Of a stretch of DNA of 9,672 bases, positions 5,783 to 9,672 are shown piece by piece. A program made the translations under genes and the position numbers. The notes beneath the pieces were generated by a model. It saw only the letters and a list, made by a program, of their open reading frames with translations. It made no database searches and was not told where the DNA came from. This stretch comes from a virus (taxonomy: Duplodnaviria; Heunggongvirae; Uroviricota; Caudoviricetes), in the IMG/VR virus record IMGVR_UViG_2802429253_000010. One strand, 5' to 3'. Numbering within the stretch: position 1 is the first letter of the stretch; every line of letters begins with the position of its first letter.

Positions 5783-8254
5783 ATGAGTAAAGTCTTTATT
5801 TGCGCCGCCATTCCGGACGAACAGGCAATAAAGGAAGAAGGTGCAGTCGCTGTAGCCACTGCCATTGAAGCCGGTGATGAACGTCGCGCACGCGCAAAAT
5901 TTCACTGGCAATTCCTGGAACATTATCCGGCTGCTCAGGACTGCGCTTATAAATTTCTTGTCTGCGAGGATAAACCCGGTATACCCCGCCCTGCCCTCGA
6001 TTCCTGGGATGCTGAATATATGCAGGAAAACCGCTGGGATGAGGCGTCTGCTTCCTTTGTCCCGGTCGAGACTGAATCCGATCCGATGAACGTCACTTTT
6101 GACAACCTAGCCCCTGAAGTACAGAACGCTGTCATGGTTAAGTTCGACACATGTGAAAACATCACTGTTGATATGGTGATTAGCGCACAGGAATTGTTGC
6201 AGGAAGACATGGCAACATTCGACGGCCATATCGTTGAAGCGTTGATGAAAATGCCAGAAGTTAACGCCATGTATCCGGAGCTTAAGCTGCATGCCATCGG
6301 GTGGGTTAAGCATAAATGTAAGCCTGGTGCCAAATGGCCCGAAATTCAGGCAGAGATGCGCATCTGGAAAAAACGTCGCGAAGGTGAACGCAAGGAAACC
6401 GGAAAATACACGTCTGTTGTTGATCTCGCCCGCGCCAGAGCCAATCAACAGCACACTGAAAATTCAACAGGAAAAATCAACCCGGTCATTGCTGCCACTC
6501 ATCGCGAATACAAGCAGACATGGAAAACACTGGATGACGAACTGGCCTACGCTCTCTGGCCTGGTGATGTGGATGCCGGAAACATTGACGGCAGCATCCA
6601 TCGCTGGGCAAAAAATGAAGTTATCGACAACGACCGCGAAGACTGGAAGCGTATCTCGGCATCAATGCGCAAACAGCCCGATGCCCTTCGCTACGACCGC
6701 CAGACTATTTTTGGCCTTGTCCGTGAACGTCCGATCGACATTCACAAAGACCCTGTGGCACTGAACAAATACATTACTGAATACCTGACTACAAAGGGCG
6801 TGTTTGAAGATGAAGGAAGAAATCAGAGCGCAACTGATACTCTCTCGTCGCCAGTACCAGAAACTGATGCAGTGGAAACGGCAATTCCGGACAACGAAAA
6901 AACCGAATGCAAAGTGGAAGTCGAACCATCTGTAGAGCGTGAGGGGCCGTTCTACTTCCTCTTCACCGACAAGGGTGGCGAAAAATACGGTCGCGCAAAC
7001 AAACTTTCTGGTCTGGATAAGGCACTGGCTGCCGGGGCTACTGAAATCACGAAAGAAGAATATTTCGCCCGCAAAAACGGTACATACTCAGGTTCACAAC
7101 AAAATACTGGTGCATCTGACACGACCGCACAACCAGGGCCGGTAAAAGTTACCGCTGACAAAGTAAACAAAATTATGCAGGCAGCCAATATCAGCCAGCC
7201 TGACGCCGATGAACTGCTTGCAGTATCACGTGGTGAATTTGTTGCAGGGATTAGCGATCCGAATGATCCGAAATGGGTGAAGGGGATTGAAACCCGCGAT
7301 TCTGTGAACCAGAACCAGCAAGAAACGGAACAGAACGACCAGAAAGCGGAACAAAACAGCCCAAATACGCAACAAAACGAGCCAGAAACGAAACAACCTG
7401 AACCAGTAGTGCAACAGGAACCGGAAAAGATCTGCACCGCCTGCGGTCAGAGCGGTGGCGGCAACTGCCCTGATTGTGGTGCGGTGATGGGCGACGCAAC
7501 ATACCAGGAAACATTCGATGACAAGAACCAGGTTGAAGTTCAGGAAGACGATTCGGAGAAAATGGAAGGCGCTGAACATCCACACAAGGAGAATGCTGGC
7601 AGCGCTCAGGACCACGCCAGCGATAGTGAAACTGGCGAGACGGCAGATCCCTTAATTACGATGAACGGTCATCACTTTATCACATCCACCAGCAGGACGT
7701 GTGACCATCTAATGATCGACCTTGAAACCATGGGAAAAAATCCTGAGGCCCCGATTATCTCAATAGGTGCAATATTTTTCGATCCGCAAACCGGAGATAT
7801 GGGACCGGAATTTAGTAAGACTATCGATCTGGAAACTGCTGGCGGAGTCATTGATCGGGACACCATTAAATGGTGGCTTAAGCAATCACGCGAAGCGCAA
7901 TCTGCCATTATGACCGATGAAATCCCGTTAGATGATGCACTGTTACAATTGCGGGAATTTATCGACGAAAACTCCGGTGAGTTTTTTGTTCAGGTCTGGG
8001 GAAATGGAGCCAACTTCGACAACACGATTTTGCGCCGTTCATACGAACGGCAGGGGATCCCCTGCCCGTGGCGCTACTGCAACGATCGCGATGTACGCAC
8101 AATCGTTGAACTGGGGAAAGCCATAGACTTCGATGCCAGAACGGCTATTCCATTCGAAGGTGAGCGCCATAATGCACTTGATGACGCCCGTTACCAGGCA
8201 AAATACGTTTCAGCTATCTGGCAAAAACTGATCCCGAGCCAGGCTGATTTTTAA
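5783..8254 (+). CDS. Large prophage exonuclease-like protein (823 aa): N-terminal region of unknown function, Q/E/N-rich acidic linker, C4 zinc-ribbon motif, C-terminal DnaQ-like DEDDh 3'-5' exonuclease domain
   Basis: ORF with SD GAGGT (5770-5774). Motifs read from translation: CTACGQSGGGNCPDCG (CxxC-x8-CxxC, nt about 7434-7481); Exo I DLETMG (nt about 7700), Exo II-like GNGANFDNT, Exo III HNALDDARYQ (H-x4-D). Occupies the slot of lambda exo / Rac recE just upstream of xis-int. Related proteins are often annotated exodeoxyribonuclease VIII (recollection). Confidence 0.85.
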   Translation: MSKVFICAAIPDEQAIKEEGAVAVATAIEAGDERRARAKFHWQFLEHYPAAQDCAYKFLVCEDKPGIPRPALDSWDAEYMQENRWDEASASFVPVETESDPMNVTFDNLAPEVQNAVMVKFDTCENITVDMVISAQELLQEDMATFDGHIVEALMKMPEVNAMYPELKLHAIGWVKHKCKPGAKWPEIQAEMRIWKKRREGERKETGKYTSVVDLARARANQQHTENSTGKINPVIAATHREYKQTWKTLDDELAYALWPGDVDAGNIDGSIHRWAKNEVIDNDREDWKRISASMRKQPDALRYDRQTIFGLVRERPIDIHKDPVALNKYITEYLTTKGVFEDEGRNQSATDTLSSPVPETDAVETAIPDNEKTECKVEVEPSVEREGPFYFLFTDKGGEKYGRANKLSGLDKALAAGATEITKEEYFARKNGTYSGSQQNTGASDTTAQPGPVKVTADKVNKIMQAANISQPDADELLAVSRGEFVAGISDPNDPKWVKGIETRDSVNQNQQETEQNDQKAEQNSPNTQQNEPETKQPEPVVQQEPEKICTACGQSGGGNCPDCGAVMGDATYQETFDDKNQVEVQEDDSEKMEGAEHPHKENAGSAQDHASDSETGETADPLITMNGHHFITSTSRTCDHLMIDLETMGKNPEAPIISIGAIFFDPQTGDMGPEFSKTIDLETAGGVIDRDTIKWWLKQSREAQSAIMTDEIPLDDALLQLREFIDENSGEFFVQVWGNGANFDNTILRRSYERQGIPCPWRYCNDRDVRTIVELGKAIDFDARTAIPFEGERHNALDDARYQAKYVSAIWQKLIPSQADF

Positions 8255-8315
8255 TGTTCAACCGTCGCCAGTTGTCGTTGGTATTCTGCAACTGGCGCGT
8301 TCCGGAGTGATAGCC

Positions 8316-8585
8316 ATGAGCGAACAGTACCTGATAACGCTCGACGAGTGGAAACCAAAACGGTTCAGTCTCCCAATAACAAACACTACCCTGGTGAAAT
8401 ACGGAAAACTAGGATACATCGTTCCAAGACCACAAAAAATTCGTGGGCGTTGGCTGATAGATCGCCGGGCAGTATTTGTTGGACCTGGTGAAACGGGAAT
8501 TGCGCCGGAAATTCATACTGGCGATGATGATGCACTGAAGGAGATTTTAACTCATGTCACCGAGGCCACGAAAAAACAGCACTGA
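8316..8585 (+). CDS. xis: Excisionase (lambda Xis family), 89 aa
   Basis: Track ORF 8307..8585 starts at GTG; ATG at 8316 has SD GGAG (8303-8306). N-terminus QYLITLDEWKPKR resembles lambda Xis MYLTLQEWNARQRR, and WLIDRRAVFV resembles lambda YLFHESAVKV (from memory). Overlaps the int start by 32 bp as in lambda. Confidence 0.75.
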   Translation: MSEQYLITLDEWKPKRFSLPITNTTLVKYGKLGYIVPRPQKIRGRWLIDRRAVFVGPGETGIAPEIHTGDDDALKEILTHVTEATKKQH

Positions 8586-9672
8586 CGTAACCGGTCTTTA
8601 CGAAAAGTTTGATCGCAGAACTGGCAGGGTTTACTACCAGTATAAAAACCCTGTGACTGGAAAATTTCACGGTCTCGGAACAGACAAAGGCAAAGCAGAA
8701 AAAATCGCTTCCACAGCCAATCAGCGAATAGCTGCAGCAGAAGCTGAATATTTCATGCGCAAAATTGATGAAAGTCCGTCAGCAACAAAACGTCGGGGTA
8801 TCAGATTAAAGGCATGGGTTGATCGATATCTGAAAATACAGGATGCGCGACTGAAAAATGGAGATATTGCAGCTACAACTCACAAAGAAAAAGCCCGAAT
8901 GGCTGCATACCTGGTTTCCCGTCTGGGAAGCCACCCATTGAAAGAACTGGAAGTAAGAGACTTTGCATTAATACTGGATGAGTGGCTGGATAAAGACATG
9001 GTCAGCACAGCGAGAGTAAATCGTGGATTATGGGTTGATATTTATAAAGAAGCACAGCATGCAGGGGAAGTTCCTCCTGGATGGAATCCTCCGGAGGCTA
9101 CCCGTAAACCGATCCCTAAAGTAACCAGAGCCAGACTCACCCTGGAAGACTGGCAAAAAATTTACAATGCAACGCCTGAAAAACACTTTATCCGTAACGC
9201 AATGCTTCTTGCGATTGTAACTGGTCAGCGCCGTGATGACATTTGCCACATGCGTTTTTCAGATGTGTGGAACGAACACTTGCATATCACCCAGGGAAAA
9301 ACCGGAATGCGTCTGGCGTTACCGCTTACACTACGCTGTGATGCCATTGGGATAACGTTAAAAGAAGTTATTGATGGGTGCCGAGACAGAATATTAAGTC
9401 CATATCTAATCCATAGTCGGCACCAGAAACAACCAAAGCCGATGAGTAAAGACAACCTGAGCGACTACTTTGCCAAAGCACGGGATCTAGCTGGGATAAT
9501 TCCACCAGCAGGAAAAACGCCAACCACATTCCACGAACAGCGCTCTTTATCCGAACGGCTATATCGCGCACAGGGGATCGACACTAAAACGTTACTGGGC
9601 CACAAGGTGCAGGCAACAACAGATCGATACAACGACACTCGCGGCCAGGAATGGGTAAAGCTGGTCATTTAG
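8554..9672 (+). CDS. int: Tyrosine site-specific integrase, lambda Int family (372 aa, complete; stop TAG at 9670-9672)
   Basis: Strong resemblance to lambda Int from memory: LAIVTGQRRDDICHMRFSDV vs lambda LAVVTGQRVGDLCEMKWSDI; TFHEQRSLSERLY vs TFHELRSLSARLY; LLGHK...DRYNDTRGQEWVKL vs LLGHK...SQYRDDRGREWDKI. Catalytic Arg, His-x-x-Arg and Tyr are present. SD AAGGAG at 8538-8543. Confidence 0.95.
   Translation: MSPRPRKNSTDVTGLYEKFDRRTGRVYYQYKNPVTGKFHGLGTDKGKAEKIASTANQRIAAAEAEYFMRKIDESPSATKRRGIRLKAWVDRYLKIQDARLKNGDIAATTHKEKARMAAYLVSRLGSHPLKELEVRDFALILDEWLDKDMVSTARVNRGLWVDIYKEAQHAGEVPPGWNPPEATRKPIPKVTRARLTLEDWQKIYNATPEKHFIRNAMLLAIVTGQRRDDICHMRFSDVWNEHLHITQGKTGMRLALPLTLRCDAIGITLKEVIDGCRDRILSPYLIHSRHQKQPKPMSKDNLSDYFAKARDLAGIIPPAGKTPTTFHEQRSLSERLYRAQGIDTKTLLGHKVQATTDRYNDTRGQEWVKLVI

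Larger units (their letters stand above)
1..9672. mobile_element. Lambdoid prophage early region (partial; extends beyond both window ends): replication/immunity/early-left operon/xis-int
   Basis: Gene content and order seen in sequence: Cro-like and cI-like divergent pair with shared operators, replication initiator with iterons, small early genes, DicF/dicB/ydfD-like block, large exonuclease, xis overlapping int. Int stop codon is at 9670-9672, so attP is expected just beyond the window. Confidence 0.85.

Noticed and set aside
5865-7908. Several internal ORFs on both strands within the 823-aa exonuclease gene (for example 5947-6333, 6107-6454, 6291-6764, 6952-7437, 7226-7615, 7672-7908)
   Set aside because: All lie inside a single long ORF with recognisable C-terminal nuclease motifs; the alternative frames are low-complexity.
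9028-9668. Minus-strand ORFs (67-76 aa) inside the integrase gene
   Set aside because: Antisense to a gene with strong lambda Int similarity.
9600-9672. attP or tRNA-derived attachment site
   Set aside because: The integrase stop codon is the last triplet of the window; any att site lies beyond it and no tRNA-like sequence is present in the window.

Overview
This window is the early/immunity region of a lambdoid prophage of an enterobacterium (E. coli-like), continuing off both ends. Left arm (minus strand, 276-2556): a Cro-like HTH gene, a CII/YdaT-like gene, a replication-initiator gene with iteron-like repeats embedded in its coding sequence, and a 140-aa hypothetical. Centre: a divergent immunity switch with a cI-like repressor (HTH plus LexA/S24 peptidase domain, 2648-3286, plus strand) flanked by matching 18-bp palindromic operators. 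Right arm (plus strand): an operon that I recognise from memory as a Qin-type dicB operon, with small ORFs of 51, 42 and 72 aa (ydfA/ydfB/ydfC-like), the DicF sRNA (about 5087-5139), dicB (62 aa) and ydfD (63 aa), followed by an 823-aa exonuclease-like protein with a C-terminal DEDDh 3'-5' exonuclease domain, a lambda-type Xis and a lambda-family tyrosine integrase ending at the window edge. The most interesting candidate is an AT-rich block (about 4113-4789) carrying two convergent, 3'-overlapping ORFs of unknown function (135 aa and 77 aa), which I do not recall being present between ydfC and dicF in the K-12 Qin operon. All homology statements are recollection or reading of motifs by eye; no database search was run.
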